Source: a virus
Taxonomy: Duplodnaviria; Caudoviricetes
Reading direction: 5' to 3' (one strand)
DNA length: 59,533 bases
IMG/VR virus record: IMGVR_UViG_3300023180_000058
Coordinates: 1 to 59,533 of that record
Shown here: positions 1 to 12,200 of the stretch, in pieces
Layout: every line of letters starts with the position of its first letter
Position numbering within the stretch: the first letter of the stretch is position 1
Position numbers and translations under genes: made by a program
Notes under the pieces: model-generated
Told to the model about the DNA's origin: nothing
What the model saw: only the letters and a program-made list of their open reading frames with translations
The model's database searches: none

Positions 1-1803
1 ACAAGACCAGCGATACGTTATACATCAAGAGAGTTTGAAACAATCAAGCAGGATTTGGTGTCTTTCATTAAAAGATATTATCCGGATACTTTCCAAGACT
101 TCCAAGAGGCTGGCTTTGGCTCAATGGTCCTTGACACCACTGCTTATGTTGGTGACATTCTTTCTTTTTACTTAGATTACTCTGTTAATGAGTCCTTTTT
201 AGATACCGCCGGCGAGTTTGAGAATATAATAAAGATCGCTAGGCAGATGGGCTACCGCTACCAGCCAAACAAAACATCAACCGGCATTTGTTCGTTCTAT
301 GTTTTAGTGCCAGCAACAACCTCCAGCGACTTAGAAGGCGGCGCAGCACCAAACTATAGCTATGCTCCCGTGTTATCAAGAGGGACTTCACTCAAAACAT
401 CTTCAGGGATAGCGTTCACGTTAGCAGTAGACGTTGACTTTTCCAACCTTAATAACGAAGTCGTTGTGGCCGAAAGAGATGATGAAACAGGCCGACCCAC
501 ACGATTCGCAATAAAAGCATTTGGCCGTGTTATTTCCGGAAAAACATCGGTCCTACAAAGAACCATTGGAGAGTTTAAACCATTCCAGAAAGTCAGGTTA
601 AACAATAACAACATTATTGAGATACTTTCTGTCTCTGACTCAAATAATAACGAATACTTCCAAGTACCAAACTTAGCTCAGGACACAATTTATAGACAAG
701 TGCCTAACAACGGCCCAGATAAAGCATTTGTAAAGTACCTCCTACAACCAAAAGCAACCCCGAGAAGGTTTGAGGTTCTTAGAGAACAGGGGGCGATTTA
801 TCTTAGATTTGGATACGGCTCAGAAGAAGAGGTCGAGAGTCAAGAAAAAACAATCATACCAAGCAAGAAAACACTAGATTTATTTGGTAAAGAATATATT
901 TCAGATACTTCATTTGATCCAAACGTTCTTCTAAAGAGTGGTAAGTTTGGAGTATCTCCAGCAAACACGGTCTTAAACATAATCTACAGAGAGAACACCA
1001 ATGCGAATGTCAACATTGCCGCCGGTGCCTTAAACGCAATTGCGAGACCTTTTTTTAAGTTTACTGATGCTGCAACCAACGACAGCTTAAAAACACAAGT
1101 AATAAACAGCTTAGAAGTTACCAATGAAGAACCTATTACTGGCGATCTGTCCCCGTTAACAACTAGTGACATAAAAGTTCTTGCTTCTAATTCTTTGTTT
1201 GCACAGAACAGAGCAGTAACGGCAGCCGACTATAAAGCCTTGATATCAGCAATGCCTTCTGGTCTCGGAGGAGTTAAGCAAGTTGCAGCTTATAAAGATT
1301 CTGCTAGTCTGAAAAATAACATAAACTTATTTATCTTGTCAGAGGATGATTCCGGAAAGCTTTCTGTACCTACCGACTCAATGTTTAATAATATCAAAGC
1401 ATGGCTGACCAGATACAAACTAATAAACGATTCAGTTGACATCTTTTCTGCAAAAATCGTAAATGTTAAAATAGACTTTGTTGCTGTAGCCGAGGATGGC
1501 TATGACAGGGCATCCGTTTTAGCAAGAATCAAAAGAGATTTAGCAAGATACCTACGACAAAATCCAAATCAAATAGGTGACCCAATTCACGTAACAAAGC
1601 TTACAAATGTTATTAATGAAACAGAAGGTGTTGCTGATGTAATACGTATTTTCCTGGAAAGAAAAACAGGAGTAGATTATTCCTCAACTGTATACAACTT
1701 AAATGCAAACTATTCATCAGATGGCAGGAAGATCTTTATACCAAAAAATGTTATTTGGGAAGTTAAGTTTCCAAACCAAGACATCAATGGAGAGGTAAGA
1801 TAG
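1..1803 (+). CDS. Baseplate wedge subunit, T4 gp6-like (5' truncated by window edge)
   Basis: Frame open from base 1 (TRPAIRYTSREFETIKQDLV...). gp6-like N-terminus (YYPDTFQDF...AYVGDILSFYLD...NESFLDTA) and C-terminal AQNRAVTAADY motif of baseplate J/gp6 proteins. Confidence 0.85.
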   Translation, partial: TRPAIRYTSREFETIKQDLVSFIKRYYPDTFQDFQEAGFGSMVLDTTAYVGDILSFYLDYSVNESFLDTAGEFENIIKIARQMGYRYQPNKTSTGICSFYVLVPATTSSDLEGGAAPNYSYAPVLSRGTSLKTSSGIAFTLAVDVDFSNLNNEVVVAERDDETGRPTRFAIKAFGRVISGKTSVLQRTIGEFKPFQKVRLNNNNIIEILSVSDSNNNEYFQVPNLAQDTIYRQVPNNGPDKAFVKYLLQPKATPRRFEVLREQGAIYLRFGYGSEEEVESQEKTIIPSKKTLDLFGKEYISDTSFDPNVLLKSGKFGVSPANTVLNIIYRENTNANVNIAAGALNAIARPFFKFTDAATNDSLKTQVINSLEVTNEEPITGDLSPLTTSDIKVLASNSLFAQNRAVTAADYKALISAMPSGLGGVKQVAAYKDSASLKNNINLFILSEDDSGKLSVPTDSMFNNIKAWLTRYKLINDSVDIFSAKIVNVKIDFVAVAEDGYDRASVLARIKRDLARYLRQNPNQIGDPIHVTKLTNVINETEGVADVIRIFLERKTGVDYSSTVYNLNANYSSDGRKIFIPKNVIWEVKFPNQDINGEVR

Positions 1804-3224
1804 TGGCTTATAAAAAGTTTTTTGCAAATAAAGACAACACAATAACAAATGCCTCAAAGTTTGGTGGCACAACAAGAGCGACCGGTTCCAATATGGGTCT
1901 AGCAGACTCTGTTGAGATCTTTAAGCTCTATGGCAACATAACAACTTCGTCAGTGGAACAAAGCCGTGCCTTGTTTGAGTTTGACACCGCAGAAATAAAC
2001 ACAGCAAGAACTAACAGCCAGATTCCTGCCTCTGGTTCCGTTTCGTTTTATCTTAACTTGTTTAATGCTAAAACCCCATTCACAACACCAAGAAACGTCG
2101 ATCTAATAGTCCAAGCTGTTTCTAGATCGTGGGACGAAGGCCGTGGAATGGACATGGACGAATACAAAGATCTAGGCGTATCAAACTGGGTCTCTGCTTC
2201 CACTACTGCCGGCTGGACAACTGCAGGCGGTGACTTTCTTGATTCAGCCATTTACAACAAAACTTATCGCCTAACAGAAGGAACAGAAGATTTGTCCATT
2301 GATATATCAGATCTTGTAGAAGATTGGATTGATGGCACCCAAGCGAACTATGGAGTTATTGTAAGGCTCTCAGGTTCTTTGGAGACCGACTCTGACTCTT
2401 ATTACACAAAGAAGTTTTTTGCTCGTTCATCAGAGTTCTTTTTCAAGCGCCCAACAATAGAAGCTCGTTGGAACTCTTCTGTCAAGGACCAAAGAGGAGA
2501 CTTTTATGTTTCTTCTTCAATGTTGTCATCAGAAAACCTCCACACTGTTTATCTTTACAACAACTTTCGTGGTGTTCCAACAAACATTCCTGCGATAGGC
2601 ACTGGCGAGATTTATGTAAAGATCTTTGACGCAGCATCAGGCGGCACAGAACTAAGCTCAGCAGTATCTGTTAGTTACCCAATAACTGGCGGCTATGCTG
2701 ATACCGGTCTTTATTCTTGCTCGTTTGATCTAAATACAACGTCATCAACAGTGTATGATCGATGGTTTAACGCAGATTACTCAACTTGTTTCCACACTGG
2801 CACAATAGAACTAAGCACTTATAATGCGCAAGAAGATAATAAAATAGAGCCCTTGATTCTTTCTATTACAAACTTAGAAGATTCTTATAGTCGGGCAGAA
2901 ACAGACACAAGAATAAGGCTATTTACCAGAAAGCGCAACTGGTCCCCAACTGTCTATACGGTGGCGAGCACAGCAATAGAAAACTATTTTGTCGACAACA
3001 TTTATTATAAAGTAATAAGAAAAGTTGATAATGTTGATGTTGTTCAGTATGGCACAGGCTCAGCACAACACACTCTTTTGTCTTATGATAAGCAAGGCTC
3101 TTATTTCGATTTTGACTTCTCTAGCTTAGAGGCTGGTTATATGTATGAGTTCAAGTTCATTATTAAAGAAGGAACTATTTATAATGAATACCCAACCGGC
3201 TTTAAGTTTAGAGTAGACGAATAA
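1803..3224 (+). CDS. Putative virion structural protein (beta-rich, carbohydrate-binding-like N-terminal domain)
   Basis: GTG start overlapping the upstream TAG, SD GGAGAGG. SRALFEFD, SRSWDEGRG, W..AGGDF, DISDLVEDW, NYGVIV and RPTIE resemble DNRLRE-type domains. Lies in the baseplate cluster. Confidence 0.6.
   Translation: MAYKKFFANKDNTITNASKFGGTTRATGSNMGLADSVEIFKLYGNITTSSVEQSRALFEFDTAEINTARTNSQIPASGSVSFYLNLFNAKTPFTTPRNVDLIVQAVSRSWDEGRGMDMDEYKDLGVSNWVSASTTAGWTTAGGDFLDSAIYNKTYRLTEGTEDLSIDISDLVEDWIDGTQANYGVIVRLSGSLETDSDSYYTKKFFARSSEFFFKRPTIEARWNSSVKDQRGDFYVSSSMLSSENLHTVYLYNNFRGVPTNIPAIGTGEIYVKIFDAASGGTELSSAVSVSYPITGGYADTGLYSCSFDLNTTSSTVYDRWFNADYSTCFHTGTIELSTYNAQEDNKIEPLILSITNLEDSYSRAETDTRIRLFTRKRNWSPTVYTVASTAIENYFVDNIYYKVIRKVDNVDVVQYGTGSAQHTLLSYDKQGSYFDFDFSSLEAGYMYEFKFIIKEGTIYNEYPTGFKFRVDE
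3174..3183 (+). promoter_or_regulatory. Putative late promoter motif ACTATTTATA
   Basis: Copy of the recurrent motif about 40 nt upstream of the 3224 start, inside the end of the previous CDS. Confidence 0.55.
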
Positions 3225-6200
3225 TGACAATAAAAAAGTATTTTGAAAACAATTCTTTTTCAAATAACTCATTAACTGATCTAGAAAACAAGGAAGGAAT
3301 AGACTTTGAGTCATTTGAGTATCTTGATGAGTTAGAAAAGCAAAGAACAAGATTTATCCCCAACGTTGACTTTTCTAAGCCGGAAAACTTTGCTTTTTAC
3401 GGTCTTGCCGAACAGTATTACAAAGATGCAATTGCCCGAGTCATTAATAACTATCCTTATGATGGCTCTAAAAAAGAGTTGACCGAATGGTATAATGATT
3501 CAACTTACTTTGACTTATACGTTTTTGAGAATGAATACCCCAGGTCTAATGGTTATGGCATCTTTTCCGCAGATGGTTGGGGCACGCAAACATCAACAGT
3601 GGATGGTTATGGCCTTCCAGCAACCTTAGAATACATTTTTATCAAGGGCGGTCCAAACGCAGGCCCCAACAACACATACGTCGGCGGCAACATTTATGAC
3701 CCGTCTAAACAAAGAAATTCAAACTTAGCGCTAAATCTAGACACAAAAGGCGCCACAGTTGAGTTCTGGCTTAAAAAAGACGAGTTCATCCCCAGTTCAA
3801 CAGCCCGAGAGGTTGTTTTTGATCTTTGGAACAATGAACTAAGCAGTTCTGATGATTATGGTCGGTTTAGAATCGAACTAAACACCTCAAGCGCCGGCGC
3901 CGGTAATTTTGCTTCCTCTAAGGCTTTCAGAGCCATTATTCACTCTGGTTCCAACAGACAAGAAGTTCTACTGGGCGACTATACAACAACCGCCTCGTTT
4001 ATCTCTCAAGGATGGACGCATTTTGCTTTTGCGACATCAAAAAGCACCATAAAACTTTATAAGAACGGCGAACTAGACTCTTCTGCGACTTACGGATCAG
4101 ACTTTGGGAATGTCTCTGGCACGCTAAACGCTTTTGTGGGCGCACTTATAACAAACCCTTCCGGTTCTACCGCAACAACCGGCTCTGGTAAGCTTTCAGG
4201 ATCTGTTGATGAGTTTAGATACTGGAAAACCACCAGAACTGAGCGAGACATAGAAAGAAATTGGTTTACAAACGTTTATGGCGGAACCAATACAGACGAC
4301 GCAAACACAGACCTCGGCGTTTACTTCAAGTTCAACGAAGGAATAACAGGGGATACAACAATAGATGCAACTGTCCTAGACTATTCAGGACGTATTTCTA
4401 ATGGCGCTTGGACCGGTTATACCTCCAACTCACGCAACATAGGCTCAGCGATTGTTTCAGCCTCTGCCGCCGAGAAAGAGTTTAAAGATCCAATCTTAAG
4501 AACCACAAACGCTCTTTATACCACTTATTATAACAACTCCCTGGAGAAAGGAAAGCGCCATGATCTAAATAACTCATCAAATATTTACTTTTCATTCCCT
4601 GATTGGATTATTGATGAAGACCTAGAAAGTGGAGAGAAACTGCTCCAATTAGCACAAGCAGCTGCAAGTTATTTTGATACGGCACAACTGCAAGTTCAGT
4701 CTCTTAGAGAACTAAAGGACATAGAGTATTCTTCGCAAACTGACGTACTAGACGATAAACCAAATCCTTTTGCAGAGCGTTTATTGACTGAAAGAGGAAT
4801 GATAGCGCCCGACTTCTTTGTCGAGAGAACAGTATTAGAAGACCTTTCTCAAAAAACATCAGGAGAAACTCTAGAATCAGATTTATTTGATCTAAAGAAT
4901 CTTATTTATCAAAACATCTATAACAACTTAGCGGATCTAGTAAAACAAAAAGGCACAAGAGAAGCAATACGAAACATCCTCCACACCATGGGAGTCGGTG
5001 AAGAGCTAGTTTCTGCCAAGACTTACATAGACAGTGAAAAACTAGTATTAGAAGACGAAAAATCTTACAACAATCAAAGCATAAGGTTCATTGATTTCTC
5101 TAAGATAAACTTTAGAGATGCTGTTGTTTATCAGACTGGCTCAACCTCAAACGAACTAGGATACATAAGTTCTTCATCAGATAAAAATGCATTATGTGTA
5201 GAATCTTTTGTTCGGTTCCCAAAAATAGATGAAAATACAAACATTGATCTTATACCAAACTTTTTAGTTTCTTCTCTTTTTGGCTTTCACGACATTGATG
5301 ATACTTCAGCACCATACAACACTTGGCAATCACCGGCTGCTGCTAGTGCTTTCGTAAGAGCGGTCAAGAATAACTATCTTGCTGAGCAAGTATACTTTGA
5401 GCTTAGTTCTTCCGTAGTAGGTGTCACCGCTCTGACATCTTCTAACTTCTACAACGTATACAACAACAGCGACTGGTACTTCTCGGTTCAGCTGCAGCCG
5501 CAAGACATTTTATTTCCTTCTTCGTCAGCCCCTGATTACGATCTAATCTTTAGTGGGTACTCATACTCAGGAAACAATCTAAATGAGTCATTTGTTGTAT
5601 CATCATCAGTAAGCCGAGCAACAGCACTTTCATTCCTGCAGACTAACCAGAAAGCCTACATCGGCGCAGAGCGAACAAACTTTACTGCCGGAACGGTATA
5701 CAGTTCAGATGTTAGAAACGCCGGTTTGAGATTTTGGCTTAGAAATCTAACAGTTGACGAGCAGAAAGATCACGCTCAGGACTTCTTAAACTATGGATCT
5801 TCAACCAGGCTAGATAATGCATATTCTTTGACCAGTTCCGTAAGACAAGGAGATCTAGCACCAACTGACTATCTTGCTCTCAACTGGCAGTTTGACAAAA
5901 TCACCACAACAGATGCATCCGGATTGATTGAGGTATTAGACTCAACTTCTGGCTCTTCCGAAAGAAGAACAAGAGGAACATACGTCAATGAAATAGCCGG
6001 GTATCACCATCCAGCCACATCATACGAGTTTCCAACATCTTCAACAGATGTTGTGCAGACTTTGTTTATTGACTCTTACTCACCTGTAGAGTTTGATGGC
6101 TACAACTCTGACAACTTGATTCAGATCAAGACAACAGAAAACGAAAAATACGGCCTAAACTCACGCTTTGTTTCATTTGTGAGCACGGTAGAGAAAAGTG

Positions 6201-9200
6201 CGCAAGCGGGCATCAACGAAGAAATGCTAAAAATGTTTGGCTCCGTCAAGGAACTAGCATCAAACTTTGCCCAGCCAGCAGATCGATACAAAAAAGAATA
6301 TAAAAACCTAAGATTCCTAAGAGAGCGATTCTTTAAGAACGTTGCAAACGACGTTGATGTTGAAGACTTCCTGCATTTCTATAGGTGGATTGACAACGCA
6401 GTCCAGGCGCTCGTCGGGCAGTTCATACCTGCTGCAGCAAACTTTAATGAAGATGTATTTAACGTTATAGAATCGCATGTTCTTGAAAGAAACAAATACC
6501 AAACCAAGTTCCCAACTTTGGAACATCGTCAGCCAGGCCTAATAGGCTCAGCGCAAAGCCTTAGTTCTCTTTCTCCTATTTGGAGATTAGGCCACGCTCC
6601 AATTCCAGAGGCCCAAAATACAAACAGTGTGTGGTGGAAGCTTAGAGTTGAGCGCTCAAATCCCGTTATTACCTCTGGGGATTCTAACGTTGATGCTGAC
6701 CGAGAACAGATAAGGCTAGTTAAACTTTCAACTGTAAATAGATCTTATACAACCCCACAAAGTTTTAAGGTTGATGATTTTTATACCGAAAAAGACACAA
6801 GAAAAGCAACTTATTGGGATTCAGCAATAAAAGAGTTTGGAACAATCGTAGGCAGTGAAACTGAAGATTATCTTGTTTCTTATGCCAATGATGTTGCTTC
6901 TCTTGAAGATAGCAATGATGTTGTGGAACCAAATAAAAAAGTTAGAATGGACTTTAAAGTTCAGAATAACAGAGAGTCCAGCGAGTCATACTCTTACGGT
7001 AAAGGTCATTTGCTTGCACCATACACAATGTGGAGTTCTTCTATTGACACAGGATACCAAGCAGACTTATCAAGCAACTTTAAAACAGACATTGGTATCA
7101 ACAATCAACACGACGATACATACTCAAAGTTCCGCAATGCCCCTCTACAGTCTCCATTCACTGAAGGGTGGGTAGGTGGTAGGCAGTACCGTCACATTGC
7201 TTTAAACAACGGCTCAGACGCATTTGGAACACGTCCGGAAGGCTTTTATTTAACTCTTACTGGAAGCTCAAACAAGCAGATCAGAGTCACAAAAACATCT
7301 TATACCAACGATGGAACAGCCGATTCTGATACACCTCGTGCTTCTTTATTCCGTGATGAACTAGCAAAAAGACCTATAAACATAGCAAACAGGCAATACT
7401 CAACCGCCTCTTCACGCTTGGGCAACTTCCGGAATGAATACGAAGTTGTAATGACCAACGGAAGAACCAAAAACAATCTTTGGTTCCACGATAACTTTGC
7501 AAGTGTTTTGTCACAAACAGAGATCTGGAACTTAAACCTAGAGCCGGGTGTTGCCGCAGTTACTGCCGAGGCTGCAAGCGGCCAAATAGTAATCAACAAC
7601 AACTCTCTCAATGGAGAAACACTAACAATACCTTATACTGATGTCGACTCTGTTACATTCACTTATAAACCTAGCCCAACTGGGCCGCTAGACATTCAAA
7701 TAGGCGGTGGTGCCGGTGTTACTGCTACCAACACTAGAAACAAGATTGCGTCTGCCGCCGCTGCTCCTTTAAATACCCTGCTGAACGTTGGAGGATCTAG
7801 TGCTACTATAACACTAGAATTCAAAACTGCATATGTCGGCGCCGATCGGAACAACACGATAACATCAACAGCCGGCGGAAAGCTAAGCCTCAGTGGTTTT
7901 TCTGGCGGAGTAGACGGAGTTGATTATGTGCCAGCAACCCCATACGCAAACGGAACACTGCCTACAAGAGAAGTTGTAAAATCAGTTATAGTCAACCGCT
8001 TCTCTGCTCCTGGAGGTCCTGAGATCCAATCTCGTGGCTATTTAGAGCCTACTGGTGAAGAATTCTCACCTTATAATGCTTATCCTTTCCGAAACACAAG
8101 CGTTATTTACTCAAGCGGATCAGGAAACAATGATTTCACTGGCGCACTAGGTCCAAGAGTAAACACTTACACAAACATCCACACACAAAATGATGGATTG
8201 AGAGTGCTTCTTTCTAGGCGAAGAGGCAAGTATGGTGTCGACTCTGTTTTTGGTTCAGTAAGAGAACTTGACTACAACACAACTGGCTCTTATCAACAAG
8301 TCTATGATAACCCCATAAGCCAATCAACAGGAATCAACTACGACAACTTTTTTGTTTCACACCAAATCCCAAGAACCCCAGCCAACTATTCTTGGGTTGC
8401 GAATGCCCTAAATGGTTCTAGCGGATCTTTCTCATACTCTAGAAACGCAACAATCCCAAGCGGCTCAACTTCGCAAGCAGTTCCATTTGCCGAGTTGATT
8501 AGTTCCATAGAAAGAACTACAACAGACAACAGAGCATTCACTGGTTTGTTTAGTGGCTCATCAACGCCAACTAGTGCGGTATTGACCTCTTCCATTTACG
8601 CCTCAATGGTTGATCAGGGAACCACAGAAATCACAAACGAACTTACTGCCTCGAATGTTGGTATAAACAACTTCCACATTTATACACACGCAATAAACAA
8701 CTCTATCTTTGGGCATAACTCATTTAGCCAAATAAGAGGCGGAGATACAAGACAAGCAAGATCACTAAGAGAAAATAATACTTTATCATTTAGTTACTTA
8801 GGATCCCGTCGAAAAGTTGACGGCGGCAGCATACCAATAGAACTGGTCAAAAACATCTCAATGGCGCCGATAGTGGAGCATTACCCTGTAAAACATCAGT
8901 TGTTGATTGGGGACAAGAAACCAAACTTCCAGTATTCATTTGGGAACGAACTTGAGTATCTTCCGTTATCAGACAAGCAAATAAATGCTATAGCCGGCAC
9001 AACCGAGATACGAAGAAAGAAAAAAACAAACTTCAATTATATTTCTGATTCTTATGTTTTAGGTACCTCAACACAACTAAGAAACATTGTATACAAGCAA
9101 AACATTTGGCCAAAAGCTGAAAGAACATTTATAAAAGAAAGCCGACAAAGAACACAGTTTGCAATCAATTGGTGGAGTTCTGGAAGATCAACAAGAAGTA

Positions 9201-12200
9201 GAAATGATGTTGATAACTCCCTAGGGAATAACGTTCTAACACAGTCTATTTGGGCTTTAGACGGTGTATTGAATCCAACTGACCAACCCCAAAATTTATT
9301 TACGACTTTTGTTTCCAGCAGTACAGATCAATACAGCAATAAATATATCTTTGGCGCTGGTGAGTTAAATAACGACTGTAGTCTTTCCTATGCAGTGTTA
9401 GCTTTCGCCTCCAGTGGCAGTCTGCGGTTTGGAGGTATACCACCAAGTCCCTTCGAACAACTCACCGCTGATCAGGTATTGATGGAATCCAAGGTAAAGT
9501 CATCTACACTTTATTCTAGACCGTTTACAATAAACGTTCAAAATCTAATCTACTCCTACACTGGATCGGGATTTCCGGATGTTCAGGCATTCGTTCCACA
9601 TCAAATAATAGGCGCCACGCCATGGACCGCAGCCGAGGAAGCAGGAAAAGAACCTTTCTACTATGAGGACTATGATGCTTATGTGCAAGAAGCAAGATCT
9701 GCCGGAAAAGAATATTCCGTCATTCCGGAATTTAGAATAAGCGAAACAATAGATCAGATCCTAACCGGAGAAGATGGCCTGTCGACTATCTTGTCTCCAA
9801 TGCTTTCAATCACCGGAGGGTACTTGGTCGATGACACAAATAATGCTTTCTATACTGATTATGTAAACTCAGACTTTCTAAAATATTTCAATGTCATAAA
9901 GAACAAGCACGATTCGGCCGGAATAGAAAACGCCGGTGTTCTCAAGCTTTCCTGTAAAGCAATTAAAAAGTTCTTACCTTATGAAGGTTTTTATCCGGCG
10001 CAGCGTGTTCTGCAATTAGGTACTTTATTCAGCCAGTCCTTTAGTGACGTCATAACAACTAACGGCACCGGGCACCCATTAAGAACCAATGGAGTCAATG
10101 CTGGTGGTTCGTTTAGAACTGCCATGGCGCCATTCTTTAGTCCGGGTGTTCTTTGTAACAGTATCAAATCAGGAATCTCAGTCGGATATCCAATATTCAC
10201 ATCAAGTTTTGACGTTCTAACACAGTGTACCGGAACTTATTTAGGCAATGGCTCCACTGCAGTTTATGATGGGTTCTCCGCTAGAATCTCTGCCTCGTTC
10301 AATTATAGAATGCCATTTGAGTCGGTGACAGATCCACTAAGTTTCATCACTACAATTATTGATTCCGAGCCTGATGAATCAGCAGTATTATACAGCACTG
10401 CCTCGTATGACTCAAGTCGTGCTGGTTCTCCATTATACTCATACGCTGTAAACAACTTCCTAGCAGAAACAATGAATCTGTTTTTGGCTAACCGCTCTGT
10501 TTCTTCTTTGGTATCATCCGGAGAAAATGATTTCGGGCCTTTTATCCCTGGCAATGAATACAGGATGAAAGTTAGAGTCTTTGAGGAGGGTATCGATATG
10601 TACACCGGCGATCGTTCCTTCGGTCCGGCTGTTGATGATGCCAATAATACAAATGGGACACCGGTTTCTTACCTTCCTTTCTTACCTCCTTATGACATTG
10701 GAAGCACAACCCAGGAAGAAGGTGTAGAGCTAGTCTTCAAACCAACTGCCGAGATTCACTCAATTGACTACATACTAAGCAATCTTACTGAATCATTTAC
10801 AATTTATGATGATCTTGGTATTGCCGAAGGCGATTCTTTTGGAGTCGATGGCCGAACTAAACTAACAGATTCTATACAACTCAAAAGGAAAGTAGAGGTT
10901 GGAAAATCCTCTCGTGCAGTTCCATCGGCGCCAGAATACGCAATCTCAATACAACCAAAGTGGGAAACGCCAGTATTAGACTTCAGCCATAGAACATCTT
11001 CTATGAACGTCACTAATACAAGTGCACAGCTGACATTTGAAGTTGACTATAGCCAATTAAGTTCAGGCGACACGGTAACTCTGCCAGATGGTAACATTGG
11101 CGTTACGTTTACAGCCAAAAATGCAAACAGTTTCTCAGACGGCGAGGTTAGAATAGGTGTGTCTGCCAACGAATTTTTGCAAAACCTTCATGCATGCATA
11201 ACTTCTAGCGTCGGCGGCATCTACTCAAAGGCAACCACGCTGAACAACAATTTTACCTGCTCGGTTAACTCCAATGCATTTACCATGTCAGCCCGAGTGC
11301 CGGGTGCGCTAGAAAATGTTGTATACAGCACCAGTGATGCAAACGCATTCTTCAATTTTAACGAAACCATCGGCTCTGGCTTTTATGATAACTCCTCTGT
11401 GTCCGACAACTATTATGTTGGAATGTGGCATCAGTACGGCCGGATCCCAACCGGGTCTCAAGGCATCAAGATGCAGATCACAGAGCCAATAATAACAGAC
11501 ACAACCGGCTCACTAGCACAAGCACTTGGCTTTACGAACACGCCGGTAAAAATAGGTGAAATTGCTGACAAAAGAACCGTAAAAGAAGCTATCGTCGCCA
11601 TTCCGTATACGATTGTCGAAGGAGAAAAAAGATTATTCCCCATAGACTACGCACAGTTCCAATCTGCAAAAACCTTTGTTAGAAACGGCGAGAGGAACGA
11701 AAGGCCACCAGTAAGAGATGAGTATATCAATTTAGCAAGAAAAGGACAGGAGTATGTTCTACCACCTAAGTATGACTTTTTCTATAACACCATGCGTCTG
11801 TCTCCTTCGCCATCAGCTGCAGGGCTGCGTGAAGGAATAGCGCCATTCGCAATGTTTATTTTTGAATTCAATATGACACTCAACAGACAAGATCTTGCGG
11901 ATATTTGGCAGAACTTACCACCAACATCAACAAGCGGTAAAAAAGATCTAACTTCTGGGTTTGACAAAGAAGAAAGCACTGTAGACGTAGCTTATGGTGA
12001 AGAAGGTTCTTGGTTCCCTGAAGGTCTCCCGGCTAATACTCGCTGGATGGTGTTTAAAGTCAAACAAAGAGCTGCTTATGATTATTACGAACAAGTAAGA
12101 AACTCCTCACTGGCGAAAGGGCTCGGAGAGAGAGTCAACGCACAAGGTGCATTCGTCAATCCAACCTACAGTTATAACTGGCCTTATGATTTCTTTTCTT

